64,000 nucleotides of DNA from Eukaryota sp. TZLM1-RC. Its lineage: Eukaryota; Protista; Metamonada: BaSk clade. The stretch is from assembly GCA_040285825.1 (NCBI GenBank), contig JAUPSS010000007.1, positions 2,206,689 through 2,270,688 of the forward strand, given 5' to 3'. Numbering within the stretch: position 1 is the first letter of the stretch; every line of letters begins with the position of its first letter. A program made the translations under genes and the position numbers. Under the pieces are notes generated by a model. That model was not told the origin of the DNA and searched no databases. It saw only the letters and a list, made by a program, of their open reading frames with translations. Of this stretch, positions 11,496 through 24,566 are shown in pieces.

Positions 11496-12944
11496 ATGGC
11501 AACCACACCCATAGACCCTCGTGTTGACTTTGCTCAATGGTTTACTCAAATTCACACAGAAGCTGACATTATTGACAAACGATATCCCGTTAAAGGAATG
11601 TACACCTTTAAACCTTATGGATGGTTCATGCACGAACAAGTAATGAATCTCATGGAGATTGAGTGGACTAAACTTGACATCGAGAAGACTCAATTTCCTC
11701 TACTCATCCCTGAAGACTTTTTATCCAAGGAAGGAGACCACATCAAGGGATTTGAAGACGAGGTGTTTTGGGTTACAAAGGGTGGAAAGGATGTTCTCGA
11801 AACACGTCTTGCTCTGCGTCCTACTTCTGAAACCTGCATTTACCACATGTTTTCTCTATGGATTAGATCTTTCCGTGACCTTCCCCTCAAGGTTCATCAA
11901 ACTTGTTCCGTCTTCCGTTGTGAGACCAAGGACACCAAACCCTTGATAAGAACCCGTGAAGTGTTTTGGAATGAAGCCCACACTGCACATTCTACTGCAG
12001 AAGAAGCCTTGAAAATGCTTAACGATGCTTGGAATGGTTATAACTATGTCATTAACGATGTTCTTGGAGTCTCTGGTCTTCGAATTCGCAGACCTGAATG
12101 GGACAAGTTTGCTGGAGCAGAACACACTGATGTTATGGACGCTCTCATGCCGTGCGGTCGGGTCCTTCAGATTGTAGGTGCTCATTATCTTGGCCAAAAG
12201 TTTTCCCATGTTTTTAATGTAGAATTTTATGGTGAAGATAATCTTCCACACAAGCCTTTTATCACTTGCTTTGGTGTTTCTACTCGAGTTTTAGCATCAG
12301 TTTTGGGAGTTCATGGTGATATCAAGGGACTTGTTCTTCCCCCTGTCATTGCTCGCTTCCAAGTAGTGGTAGTACCTATCATTATTGGCAAGAAAGACCC
12401 TGCTCCTGTGTATGAAGCTGTAGATTACTATGTTCAAACCTTAAAAGCTGCCGGAATCAGAGTAACAGCCGATACTTCTAGTAAAAAACCTGGTGAAAAA
12501 TATTATTACTGGGAAATGAAAGGCGTTCCTCTTCGTATAGAAATTGGTCCAAGAGATGTTGCTTCTAATGAAGCTCGTCTTGTTAGACGTGATAATGGAG
12601 AAAAGAACCAAATAAAGAAGGATGAGCTTGTTGAAACCATCAAAAATGAGATGGAACAGATGAGGTTACGATTAGCTGGCCAAGGGCGTTCCTTCTTTAC
12701 TGAGAGGGTAATTGACTGTGAAACAATGGATGATTTAAAAAAGATTATTTCTGATAAATGTATTGCTAGAATTCCCTTCCATTCAATGGATCACGATGGC
12801 AAAGAAGCTGATAGGGTTATTCATGAAGCCACTGGTGCTGAAGTTCGTGGTTACAATCCATTAGAAGATGCTCCTGTTGGCAAAACTTGTATTGTTACAG
12901 GAAAACCAGCAAAGTATTGGGGTTATGCTGCTCGTAGTTATTAG
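11496..12944 (+). CDS. proS: Prolyl-tRNA synthetase, archaeal/eukaryotic type
   Basis: LRPTSET, motif 2 FRCETK..PLIRTRE, motif 3 FGVSTR, anticodon domain WEMKGVPLRIEIGPRD, C-terminal ARSY; 482 aa intact. Confidence 0.97.
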   Translation: MATTPIDPRVDFAQWFTQIHTEADIIDKRYPVKGMYTFKPYGWFMHEQVMNLMEIEWTKLDIEKTQFPLLIPEDFLSKEGDHIKGFEDEVFWVTKGGKDVLETRLALRPTSETCIYHMFSLWIRSFRDLPLKVHQTCSVFRCETKDTKPLIRTREVFWNEAHTAHSTAEEALKMLNDAWNGYNYVINDVLGVSGLRIRRPEWDKFAGAEHTDVMDALMPCGRVLQIVGAHYLGQKFSHVFNVEFYGEDNLPHKPFITCFGVSTRVLASVLGVHGDIKGLVLPPVIARFQVVVVPIIIGKKDPAPVYEAVDYYVQTLKAAGIRVTADTSSKKPGEKYYYWEMKGVPLRIEIGPRDVASNEARLVRRDNGEKNQIKKDELVETIKNEMEQMRLRLAGQGRSFFTERVIDCETMDDLKKIISDKCIARIPFHSMDHDGKEADRVIHEATGAEVRGYNPLEDAPVGKTCIVTGKPAKYWGYAARSY

Positions 12945-13202
12945 TGTTGTGGGGTTTTTTTAATTTATTTAGTGCTTTAATGAATTTATTTTTTCTGAAT
13001 TTAATTTAAACACAGATTTATCTGCTTAAATCTATACAACCATCTCCAATTGAAAATATTTACATTTTCATTACAAAGTACGATTTCACCATGCTGGATA
13101 AATCAGTTTCGAAAGTTTTACACTATACCAGTAACAATTATACGATCCTGGGCTGTATCAATAAAGACACATGATTTACAATAAATATATAAATATTCAT
13201 TG

Positions 13203-16200
13203 TTTATTGATAGACAAAAGAAATGGTGTGTTGTCCCCTCATAAAGAGAAAACACAATTCTATTTTGTCAAAACAAACTGTTGAAATTTCTGTTAGTTCT
13301 TCTCCTTACAATCATTTCAAAATCTGCCAAAAATCGTATAGCCGTTGGAGCAAGTGAATTCAATAGAGAATGCTGTTGGGTGGACAATTTGGCCAAAGGT
13401 TCATTGTATTTTTTGATTTTGAATTTTTCTGCATTTGAAAGGGGATTATGAATTTCAGAATTAGCAAGCCTTTCTTTTGAGACATTACAAGGATCAACAG
13501 ACATTACATCCACTAAAATGAAGTTTCCATCTAAACCATGTAATATGACATCACCTCTCGTATTCTTATGAAAATCATTTTCAGCATCAAAAACGTTTGA
13601 CAACAGAGGATCCAAAAAAGATTCAATTCTATGAGACTTGCACATACAACATATTGATCTCTTACAGTATCATTACCCTTGCTTCTAAAAGTGATAAAAG
13701 GTTTACAATTTAACAAATGAGTAATTGTAATTTTTCGAGAACATTTACAAATTGTATTATGAGGTAAATTATCAGGTCGGATAGAGAAACGAAATCTCAT
13801 ATTCAAAGTCCAAGCAGAATCAGTTAAGAGAGTACCATAAACTTGAGGAATTGTTGTGTCATAAAGAAAGAGTCTTTCCTGATAGGTGGTTTCGGTGAAC
13901 CACCAGCCTGTCCTATGATCCCTATCAATTAAAATGTCTAAGGAGGCATTGTACCCAGGGCTGAACCTAGGGTAAGGGCAAGGATTTGCTTCGTTAATGA
14001 AGAGATTGTCTTCATCTCCAGCGAAACGTCTGAAAACACCCTCTCTAGTTGTCCTCATGTACCTGACACCGGGTCTAGGTTCAAAGGATGGTTTGGGATC
14101 AACTCTAGCGTTCTCGGGTTCAATCCTTTCGAAAGCAAGATAAGGGCCGATCCTAGGAGTGACACGAATTCCTAGTTCGTTTTCAAAACTAGGCTCAAGG
14201 AATGGGGGGTGTCCTTTGCTCATTTCCGTAGGAGGAATGGCCTCAGGGTCGTTAGGGTTAACTCTGGAATCCCTTAGGTCTGACGTTAGACGTTGGGTCT
14301 GTGCTGGTGGGAAGCACTGTTTTCGCGAACACTATTACTAGCATAGGAGCCAGAATAGAGGGGTACAGTCACTGAATGAAGTGGTTGATGATGGGCAGGT
14401 GTAGAGGATGTTCCTCTTCTGGCCTGTAACTCTCTATCCAGTCTGTTCTTGAGTTTCCAGATTCGTTCTTCTTGGAAGTAACGTTCTAAATATTTTTTAG
14501 AAACCTCACCAGTTTCTCTATCAATTTCAGGTACAGGTTCCATGGAAGGAGCTGGAGGTTGAGCCATGTGAGAGAATTCCCTGGGAGGTTTTTCATAGTC
14601 AACCAGATCCGAAAATAATAGTTCATACCTCTTCCTTTGCTCTTCGGAAAGATGCGAAGGAAAGTTTGGTGTGTTAGGAGTTGAATCTCTAGCCTGGGGA
14701 GGGGAAACAGACAGATTGTTAACTCCACTTACTGTTGATGAAGTCAGAGGAGATCCTGAAGTTGGGACAGCAGGATTTTGGATAGTTCTCCTAACAGTTG
14801 GAACTGGCGGGAGAAGCTGTTGAGAGTGAGAGGGTGGAACCTCAGAACTGGATGAAAGGGATGAAGATGGTACTTCAATGGCCTTTGTAGGGGAGGCAGA
14901 GGGTTGATCTTCCAATCCTTCCTTTGTTGCGAGAGAAGGTTGAACAGTTTCTCTGTTCTGAGTAGAAGGTGAAGGTGGTACTTAAGAACTTCTTTCAGGG
15001 AGGGGAGAAGGTGGAACTTCAGATGCCCTCAAATGTGAAGGAGGGAGAGGAGCAACGGAATCCTCAACATCTTCATCGTCGTAGGAGACCAATGAAGGGC
15101 TTCTTCCTTCCGAAGGAATAGAATCCTTAGGAGGGTTGTCTCCTTCCACAGGAACGGAATCTCGAGGAGGGGAGCTTCCTTCCATTGGAACGGAATCCTC
15201 AGGAAGGGAACTGTCTTCCTTTGGGATGGAACCCTCAGGGAGAGTTGCTTCAGGAAGCGCAGAAGCTTCAACCGAAGAAGGGAGCATGGAAGCAGGGTCT
15301 GTGGTTAGTGGTGAGGAAGAGGGACCAGTCTCTTCCTCAAGGATCCTACGTTGAGCCGGGGACGACCCAATACGTATTGATGGTCTTGGCTGTTGTGAGT
15401 TAGAATTCATACAATGTAGTGTAACAGAAGTGTTATTTATTACGAAGAGGAATTGTATTCTCTCTTCTTAAGCTAATAGGCGGAAATACTAATAAACTAA
15501 ACTATTAACTATAAATACTATTCAAGACTAACAGAGGAATTGTAGTAATTAAGGCAGAACAGAGATCGGTTTGCAATTTCTTGAATTGATTGGGGAAAAC
15601 ATTTGGTCTAGATTTGTGGTGACAATCTATCACGTTCACAAGCCAGCTCATTCAAATATAAACTGCTTTTGGGAACTAACTGATGAGAATCTTCAGCAAA
15701 TCTACAAGAAAATTCATCAATACAATTCTTGGATCCACCCCAAAAATACTGATTGACACAAAATAGAAGATTTATTAAATCCAATACCGCCCAAATTTGC
15801 TGCCGAAAATAAGTGACTTTTCAACATTCCTGGTTCCACATCCAATCAATCAGCAAAAATTCTGCTCTCAATGAATTAAAGGAACGACAAAAATATAATG
15901 CTATGGAAGGTGCACAAGATCTCAAAATGCGGGTTATTCTCCCAGTGTAGCAAATTTTGAGCATGACAAATTTAATATGTTTTTCTAGATCTAAAGAAGA
16001 AATTGAATCATGTTCAATTTTACTTTTTTCCAAAACAACTTGTAATTCAATTCTGAATTTGAGGCACATTTCCTAACCAACAATCAAGGAACTTAAAACC
16101 ATCACTACTATAATTAGTAAAAGGGACAACAGAATCTTTTATCACAAGATCCTGAGCACAGAAGCCAATAAGAAGGCATTTGCTTGCATTAAGATGAAGC

Positions 16201-16422
16201 CCAATATTTTCATATGATTCGGCAATTGTTTGAGCAGCCAGTTGTAGTAAATCAAATGAACCAGTCAAAGATATATCATCCATATAAGCAACCATTTTTA
16301 TAGAAGGGTATTTTTGCTTAATGATATCTAAAATTTTGTGAGTAGCAAAACAAAAAAATAATGGGCCTAAAGGATCACCTTGCTTCACACGAGAAGATGA
16401 TTTTAAACCAAATGAATTAAAT
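13203..16422 (-). mobile_element. CRE-like non-LTR retrotransposon family B (mirror copy), interrupted by an LTR fragment
   Basis: QGDPLGP/AYMDD at 16047..16388; CKC..HLLNC and RGDV..VDV at 13268..13850. Confidence 0.85.
13855..15533 (-). mobile_element. LTR retrotransposon family B fragment (5' LTR 15378..15533 plus truncated ORF1), mirror copy
   Basis: Reverse complement of 17960..19638. Confidence 0.85.
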
Positions 16423-19400
16423 TTGTTTTCCTCTTTTCTGGCTGATGCAAATTTTGAAATTCTTGAAAAACTTCAAAAGTTGCATCCTCAGGAAAATTCA
16501 AGTGTAGCAAGCCTGATGTTTGTCCTTTTTGGATTGAAAATCCAATTTCTGCAATTGAAATTTTCAAAGCTATTCAAAAACTACCAAAAGATAAAGCTAC
16601 AGGTCCATCTGAAATTTCTTTTGATCTGTTAAAAATAGCGTGCTCCAGTGCTCCCGAAATTGCTGAAGAACTTGCCCATTATTTTCATAATAATTAATTC
16701 TCCTTTTGAATAATAGGTTGCACGTTTGATTGCGTTAGTAAAGCCAGGTAATGGAATTAAACCTGATGGCCGTTGGTGAATCTTTATCTCGTTTGTTATC
16801 ATCGATTGTCTTCGATCGTGTCACAGACAAAGCTTCTAAATATTTGAGTCCTCATCAATTTGTAATAAAAATGAGTGATGGTGCTTCTGTTGCTGCTCTT
16901 GTTTCTGATACTTTTTTTAATGCAGAGGAAAATAACTTTATTTTAATCTTGATTTTAAAAATGCTTTTAATTCTGTAAAGCGAGAAGCAATTTTTGAAGT
17001 AATTGAATCTGATTTTTTTGAGCTATCACGTTTTTTCTACCAATTTTATGGTAAAGAATCGGATTTAATATTTAATTCATTTGGTTTAAAATCATCTTCT
17101 CGTGTGAAGCAAGGTGATCCTTTAGGCCCATTATTTTTTTGTTTTGCTACTCACAAAATTTTAGATATCATTAAGCAAAAATACCCTTCTATAAAAATGG
17201 TTGCTTATATGGATGATATATCTTTGACTGGTTCATTTGATTTACTACAACTGGTTGCTCAAACAATTGCCGAATCATATGAAAATATTGGGCTTCATCT
17301 TAATGCAAGCAAATGCCTTCTTATTGGCTTTTGTGCTCAGGATCTTGTGATAAAAGATTCTGTTGTCCCTTTTACTAATTATAGTAGTGATGGTTTTAAG
17401 TTCCTTGATTGTTGGTTAGGAAATGTGCCTCAAATTCAGAATTGAATTACAAGTTGTTTTGGAAAAAAGTAAAATTGAACATGATTCAATTTCTTCTTTA
17501 GATCTAGAAAAACATATTAAATTTGTCATGCTCAAAATTTGCTACACTGGGAGAATAACCCGCATTTTGAGATCTTGTGCACCTTCCATAGCATTATATT
17601 TTTGTCGTTCCTTTAATTCATTGAGAGCAGAATTTTTTGCTGATTGATTGGATGTGGAACCAGGAATGTTGAAAAGTCACTTATTTTCGGCAGCAAATTT
17701 GGGCGGTATTGGATTTAATAAATCTTCTATTTTGTGTCAATCAGTACTTTTGGGGTGGATCCAAGAATTGTATTGATGAATTTTCTTGTAGATTTGCTGA
17801 AGATTCTCATCAGTTAGTTCCCAAAAGCAGTTTATATTTGAATGAGCTGGCTTGTGAACGTGATAGATTGTCACCACAAATCTAGACCAAATGTTTTCCC
17901 CAATCAATTCAAGAAATTGCAAACCGATCTCTGTTCTGCCTTAATTACTACAATTCCTCTGTTAGTCTTGAATAGTATTTATAGTTAATAGTTTAGTTTA
18001 TTAGTATTTCCGCCTATTAGCTTAAGAAGAGAGAATACAATTCCTCTTCGTAATAAATAACACTTCTGTTACACTACATTGTATGAATTCTAACTCACAA
18101 CAGCCAAGACCATCAATACGTATTGGGTCGTCCCCGGCTCAACGTAGGATCCTTGAGGAAGAGACTGGTCCCTCTTCCTCACCACTAACCACAGACCCTG
18201 CTTCCATGCTCCCTTCTTCGGTTGAAGCTTCTGCGCTTCCTGAAGCAACTCTCCCTGAGGGTTCCATCCCAAAGGAAGACAATTCCCTTCCAGAGGATTC
18301 CGTTCCAATGGAAGGAAGCTCCCCTCCTCGAGATTCCGTTCCTGTGGAAGGAGACAACCCTCCTAAGGATTCTATTCCTTCGGAAGGAAGAAGCTCTTCA
18401 TTGGTCTCCTACGACGATGAAGATGTTGAGGATTCCGTTGCTCCTCTCCCTCCTTCACATTTGAGGGCATCTGAAGTTCCACCTTCTCCCCTCCCTGAAA
18501 GAAGTTCTTAAGTACCACCTTCACCTTCTACTCAGAACAGAGAAACTGTTCAACCTTCTCTCGCAACAAAGGAAGGATTGGAAGATCAACCCTCTGCCTC
18601 CCCTACAAAGGCCATTGAAGTACCATCTTCATCCCTTTCATCCAGTTCTGAGGTTCCACCCTCTCACTCTCAACAGCTTCTCCCGCCAGTTCCAACTGTT
18701 AGGAGAACTATCCAAAATCCTGCTGTCCCAACTTCAGGATCTCCTCTTACTTCATCAACAGTAAGTGGAGTTAACAATCTGTCTGTTTCCCCTCCCCAGG
18801 CTAGAGATTCAACTCCTAGTATACCAAACTTTCCTTCGCATCTTTCCGAAGAGCAAAGGAAGAGGTATGAACTATTATTTTCGGATCTGGTTGACTATGA
18901 GGAACCTCCCAGGGAATTCTCTCACATGGCTCAACCTCCAGCTCCTTCCATGGAACCTGTACCTGAAATTGATAGAGAAACTGGTGAGGTTTCTAAAAAA
19001 TATTTAGAACGTTACTTCCAAGAAGAACGAATCTGGAAACTCAAGAACAGACTGGATAGAGAGTTACAGGCCAGAAGAGGAACATCCTCTACACCTGCCC
19101 ATCATCAGCCACTTCATTCAGTGACTGTACCCCTCTATTCTGGCTCCTATGCTAGTAATAGTGTTCGCGAAAACAGTGCTTCCCACCAGCACAGACCCAA
19201 CGTCTAACGTCAGACCTAAGGGATTCCAGAGTTAACCCTAACGACCCTGAGGCCATTCCTCCTACGGAAATGAGCAAAGGACACCCCCCATTCCTTGAGC
19301 CTAGTTTTGAAAACGAACTAGGAATTCGTGTCACTCCTAGGATCGGCCCTTATCTTGCTTTCGAAAGGATTGAACCCGAGAACGCTAGAGTTGATCCCAA

Positions 19401-20290
19401 ACCATCCTTTGAACCTAGACCCGGTGTCAGGTACATGAGGACAACTAGAGAGGGTGTTTTCAGACGTTTCGCTGGAGATGAAGACAATCTCTTCATTAAC
19501 GAAGCAAATCCTTGCCCTTACCCTAGGTTCAGCCCTGGGTACAATGCCTCCTTAGACATTTTAATTGATAGGGATCATAGGACAGGCTGGTGGTTCACCG
19601 AAACCACCTATCAGGAAAGACTCTTTCTTTATGACACAACAATTCCTCAAGTTTATGGTACTCTCTTAACTGATTCTGCTTGGACTTTGAATATGAGATT
19701 TCGTTTCTCTATCCGACCTGATAATTTACCTCATAATACAATTTGTAAATGTTCTCGAAAAATTACAATTACTCATTTGTTAAATTGTAAACCTTTTATC
19801 ACTTTTAGAAGCAAGGGTAATGATACTGTAAGAGATCAATATGTTGTATGTGCAAGTCTCATAGAATTGAATCTTTTTTGGATCCTCTGTTGTCAAACGT
19901 GTTTGATGCTGAAAATGATTTTCATAAGAATACGAGAGGTGATGTCATATTACAGGGTTTAGATGGAAACTTCATTTTAGTGGATGTAATGTCTGTTGAT
20001 CCTTGTAATGTCTCAAATGAAAGGCTTGCTAATTCTGAAATTCATAACCCCCTTTCAAATGCTGAAAAATTCAAAATCAAAAAATACAATGAACCTTTGT
20101 CCAAATTGTCCACCCAACAGCATTCTCTATTGAATTCACTTGCTCCAACGGCTATACGATTTTTGGCAGATTTTGAAATGATTGTAAGGAGAAGAACTAA
20201 CAGAAATTTCAACAGTTTGTTTTGACAAAATAGAATTGTGTTTTCTCTTTATGAGGGGACAACACACCATTTCTTTTGTCTATCAATAAA
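16423..20290 (+). mobile_element. CRE-like non-LTR retrotransposon family B, degenerate, starting in the palindrome spacer
   Basis: Spacer has ARLIALVKP and AVGESLSRL (CRE-clade RT N-terminus) continuing into QGDPLGP/AYMDD; zinc knuckle and REL follow after the LTR insertion. Confidence 0.85.
17960..19638 (+). mobile_element. LTR retrotransposon family B fragment: 5' LTR (17960..18115) plus truncated ORF1
   Basis: TGTTAG...CCATCA 156-bp LTR, ATG at 18083 inside the LTR, ORF1 homologous to family C; flanked by a repeated ACAATTCCTC (17950..17959 and 19639..19648). Confidence 0.85.
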
Positions 20291-20548
20291 CAATGAATAT
20301 TTATATATTTATTGTAAATCATGTATCTTTATTGATACAGCCCAGGATCGTATAATTGTTACTGGTATAGTGTAAAACTTTCGAAACTGATTTATCCAGC
20401 ATGGTGAAATCGTACTTTGTAATGAAAATGTAAATATTTTCAATTGGAGATGGTTGTATAGATTTAAGCAGATAAATCTGTGTTTAAATTAAATTCAGAA
20501 AAAATAAATTCATTAAAGCACTAAATAAATTAAAAAAACCCCACAACA

Positions 20549-21997
20549 CTAATAACTACGAGCAGCATAACCCCAATACTTTTGCTGGTTTTCCTGTAAC
20601 AATACAAGTTTTGCCAACAGGAGCATCTTCTAATGGATTGTAACCACGAACTTCAGCACCAGTGGCTTCATGAATAACCCTATCAGCTTCTTTGCCATCG
20701 TGATCCATTGAATGGAAGGGAATTCTAGCAATACATTTATCAGAAATAATCTTTTTAAATCATCCATTGTTTCACAGTCAATTACCCTCTCAGTAAAGAA
20801 GGAACGTCCTTGGCCAGCTAATCGTAACCTCATCTGTTCCATCTCATTTTTGATGGTTTCAACAAGCTCATCCTTCTTTATTTGGTTCTTTTCTCCATTA
20901 TCACGTCTAACAAGACGAGCTTCATTAGAAGCAACATCTCTTGGACCAATTTCTATACGAAGAGGAACGCCTTTCATTTCCCAGTAATAATATTTTTCAC
21001 CAGGTTTTTTACTAGAAGTATCGGCTGTTACTCTGATTCCGGCAGCTTTTAAGGTTTGAACATAGTAATCTACAGCTTCATACACAGGAGCAGGGTCTTT
21101 CTTGCCAATAATGATAGGTACTACCACTACTTGGAAGCGAGCAATGACAGGGGGAAGAACAAGTCCCTTGATATCACCATGAACTCCCAAAACTGATGCT
21201 AAAACTCGAGTAGAAACACCAAAGCAAGTGATAAAAGGCTTGTGTGGAAGATTATCTTCACCATAAAATTCTACATTAAAAACATGGGAAAACTTTTGGC
21301 CAAGATAATGAGCACCTACAATCTGAAGGACCCGACCGCACGGCATGAGAGCGTCCATAACATCAGTGTGTTCTGCTCCAGCAAACTTGTCCCATTCAGG
21401 TCTGCGAATTCGAAGACCAGAGACTCCAAGAACATCGTTAATGACATAGTTATAACCATTCCAAGCATCGTTAAGCATTTTCAAGGCTTCTTCTGCAGTA
21501 GAATGTGCAGTGTGGGCTTCATTCCAAAACACTTCACGGGTTCTTATCAAGGGTTTCGTGTCCTTGGTCTCACAACGGAAGACGGAACAAGTTTGATGAA
21601 CCTTGAGGGGAAGGTCACGGAAAGATCTAATCCATAGAGAAAACATGTGGTAAATGCAGGTTTCAGAAGTAGGACGCAGAGCAAGACGTGTTTCGAGAAC
21701 ATCCTTTCCACCCTTTGTAACCCAAAACACCTCGTCTTCAAATCCCTTGATGTGGTCTCCTTCCTTGGATAAAAAGTCTTCAGGGATGAGTAGAGGAAAT
21801 TGAGTCTTCTCGATGTCAAGTTTAGTCCACTCAATCTCCATGAGATTCATTACTTGTTCGTGCATGAACCATCCATAAGGTTTAAAGGTGTACATTCCTT
21901 TAACGGGATATCGTTTGTCAATAATGTCAGCTTCTGTGGGAATTTGAGTAAACCATTGAGCAAAGTCAACACGAGGGTCTATGGGTGTGGTTGCCAT
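20549..21997 (-). pseudogene. proS: Second ProRS copy with compensating homopolymer indels
   Basis: Mirror of 11496..12944; -1 A near 20755, +1 A near 20580 and an H-to-P change near the N-terminus. The indels could be sequencing errors. Confidence 0.8.
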
Positions 21998-23102
21998 GTG
22001 TGAGAGAGGTGTTTGGTTGGGCAAAAGGATTGGATATGGAATCTCCTCAAGATTTTGTTAACATTACGCTTCTTCTCTCTCTCTATTGATAGTGATGTTC
22101 ACCAAGATCATCACCAGATATATTATCATCATTAATGATTCTCTGTTAAGATCGACAGTGTCGTACATCTCTTCCATTTTGTCTTGTTTTGCTGATCTTT
22201 GCTGGCATTTCTCTAAGCTTTCTACTGATACAACATTGCACTCATATCTAATCATATCTTATGACAGGTGTTGGATTTGTCCTTCACTTATTTCATCATT
22301 GACTTATTATTTCCCTTGTTTCTTTGTCTTTGTCTTTGTTTCATACTCTGTGCTCGTTTCTCAAAGATTAACCACCAGGATATTGTTTCTTTTTTCCTCT
22401 AATTTTCTTTCTACCCAGTATGTTTTAGCTAAACGTGACACTGTTAGTATCTGGTTGATTTATTTTTCAGTATTTAAACTACTTTGTTTTTTGTTCATTG
22501 TTTTTTGTTCATTGTTTTTTTTTGTTTTTTTGGTGTTTTTTTGGGTTTGTTTTGACAAGGTTTTTCTTCAGCAATTATGTTATTATTTGTTTGTTTTCCC
22601 AAGTTTGCAATTTGTAATATCTAACTGATGTTGTTTCATGGTTCCCTTGATCTTTTCTGATAGTGACCTCGTATTTTCAAATTTCTTTGATTGTTCATAT
22701 TTACTTCATTTTATTATCTTAGTAATTACTGATCATTTAGAGGTTTTGTCATTTGTCTTTTTTTATGATTTTTTAGTTCCATTGTATCTGAAATTTTTGA
22801 TATTTTCTTTGGTTAAATTTTATTTTAACTTATTTTTGAATTCTCATATTCAAGTGAATTCTTATTTATCAATTTTTTTGAATTTACTTTTAAATTTTAA
22901 CTTTGAATCTCCAGTCATTATTGAGAGTAATTCTCTTTAATAAGAAATTCAATTCACTTTTACATGAACGACTCAGTTTTCATCAGTCAAACGGTTTTTA
23001 ACTGTCTTAAGCTGATTACAGTCAAGGAACATCGAGAAATGTGTGACCCTGAGTTTACATGTTTTTTGGTTTCATTTGAAATTTTATGGAATCATTTATA
23101 AC

Positions 23103-23293
23103 ATTTTTTTAAAATTCAGCATGAGTGATTTTTTAGTTGTTCATTAGTTGATTATTATTTTGCATTGTTATATATATTTTCCCTCAACCCTAAATTCTAG
23201 AAGCAGTCAAGAGTTTAGACAATTGGTTACAAATGGTTATGGTAATTTCTAGGTGATGTTTTGATTCATTCAAAGATGGTGTCGTAATTTATG
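23103..23293. repeat. ~190-bp direct repeat, copy 1
   Basis: Closely similar to 24567..24759 (e.g. shared AGAAGCAGTCAAGAGTTTAGACAATTGGTTACAAATGG). Confidence 0.9.
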
Positions 23294-23885
23294 ACTTAGT
23301 AACGTTTTATTTGATCTCTACTAAACTATCAATATAATTCAATTCTACAATTCATGCTCATCATTCGGGAGTTAGTTTCATCAAGTCTTTAGCCGTTTTG
23401 TAGTGTTCTTTTCAATGGCTTTTACCTTTATTTGAGATCAGTTGAGTGCCAACTATTATATTTTCTAGCGGAGACATCAGCTTCTCCCTTTTTGGATGAC
23501 ATCACAGGAAGAAGAAAAATATTCGATCAGCTCTTTGTATCACCAATGATGTTTAACCAGAGGAATATTGAGCTTTGTATCAATGCTGCTGTTCGTGTTA
23601 TCGTTGTAAGAAACAATAAACAGAAGCTGTTTTGGTTGCTTTTTAAATTTTTCGACTGTTTTGTTGATCAAGCTCAGCAACACCTCCAAACAATTTGTTC
23701 TTTGGGTCATATTGATGATCCGTACTTACACAAATGGAGTTATCGCCATCATTTTTGGCTTTTGATGACCAAAAAATGCAGCAAAGACACCCAAAAAATG
23801 TTGATTTGTCATTGAAAGTTGTAACACGTGAACAGTAATGTCCAAATAAAGCTGATTGAAAAATCTCTATAGAGACTAAAGTCTA

Positions 23886-24501
23886 TTACATGTTTAATAG
23901 TCGCTTTCTGGAGACAAACTGACAAATTTGAACTCCTAGGTTGTCGTCCACTTCTCCATCTTCATCAATGGGGGAAAAGAAGCGTGTGAGCTCAGAAGGA
24001 ATTACCATAGTCATTGCTTTGCCCTCAGAGTATGTTTGGGTCCATGTGTTCCAAGCAGTCTCGACAGCCTGTATTCCAGGGTTGTGTCCTTTTAGGTCTT
24101 TGGTTGAGATAAATACACGTTGCTCAACGTTTTGGTTCTCAATAAAAGTTTCATACTGTCTGCGGTCAATGTTTTTCGGATTCACCTTGGATAAGAAGGC
24201 TACTTCTCTGTTTTCTTCAACCCACTTTTGGAGGGTTTCAGATAATACACCGAAAGTTGTTCGTTTTTCTGTAAGAAGCTACCAAATCTGCGTCAGGATG
24301 CAAACCTGTATTGAGGCGAACTGCTTCTGCACTATAAGAAGCAAAGAGAAGTTGAGAGAGGCTGTTGTATTCGATGTCTAAAACATCAGAGTAGTAGATG
24401 GTAAGAGTCTTTGCTGAGAAGTCCCTTCCTCCTTTGTAAGTATAGTAAACTACATCAGTTTTAAAGTAAAAACTGTCAGGAAACTCTTCGAGTGAAAGCA
24501 T
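23886..24501 (-). pseudogene. Hypothetical protein gene split by one frameshift
   Basis: ORFs 24238..24501 and 23886..24185 join via a frameshift near 24280 into a protein-like ~200-aa sequence; no recognised motif. Confidence 0.4.
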
Positions 24502-24566
24502 GAAATCAAGAGTGTGAAGAAATTGTTAGACCCCAAATTTATGCATTTCAAATGAAATTCACAGAT

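Larger units (their letters stand above)
11433..16422. repeat. Left arm of ~5-kb inverted duplication
   Basis: Reverse complement of 17070..22060 (mirror coordinates sum to 33492-33493); few substitutions. Confidence 0.97.
17070..22060. repeat. Right arm of ~5-kb inverted duplication
   Basis: Reverse complement of 11433..16422. Confidence 0.97.

Noticed and set aside
11027-11512. 161-aa ORF as the N-terminal part of the Fanzor fragment
   Set aside because: No RuvC-I DPG or other Fanzor motif, and it overlaps the ProRS start; identity unresolved.
22064-22940. Long hydrophobic ORFs 22086..22628 and 22638..22940
   Set aside because: They are the T-rich antisense of a stop-ridden A-rich stretch; compositional artefact with no motif.
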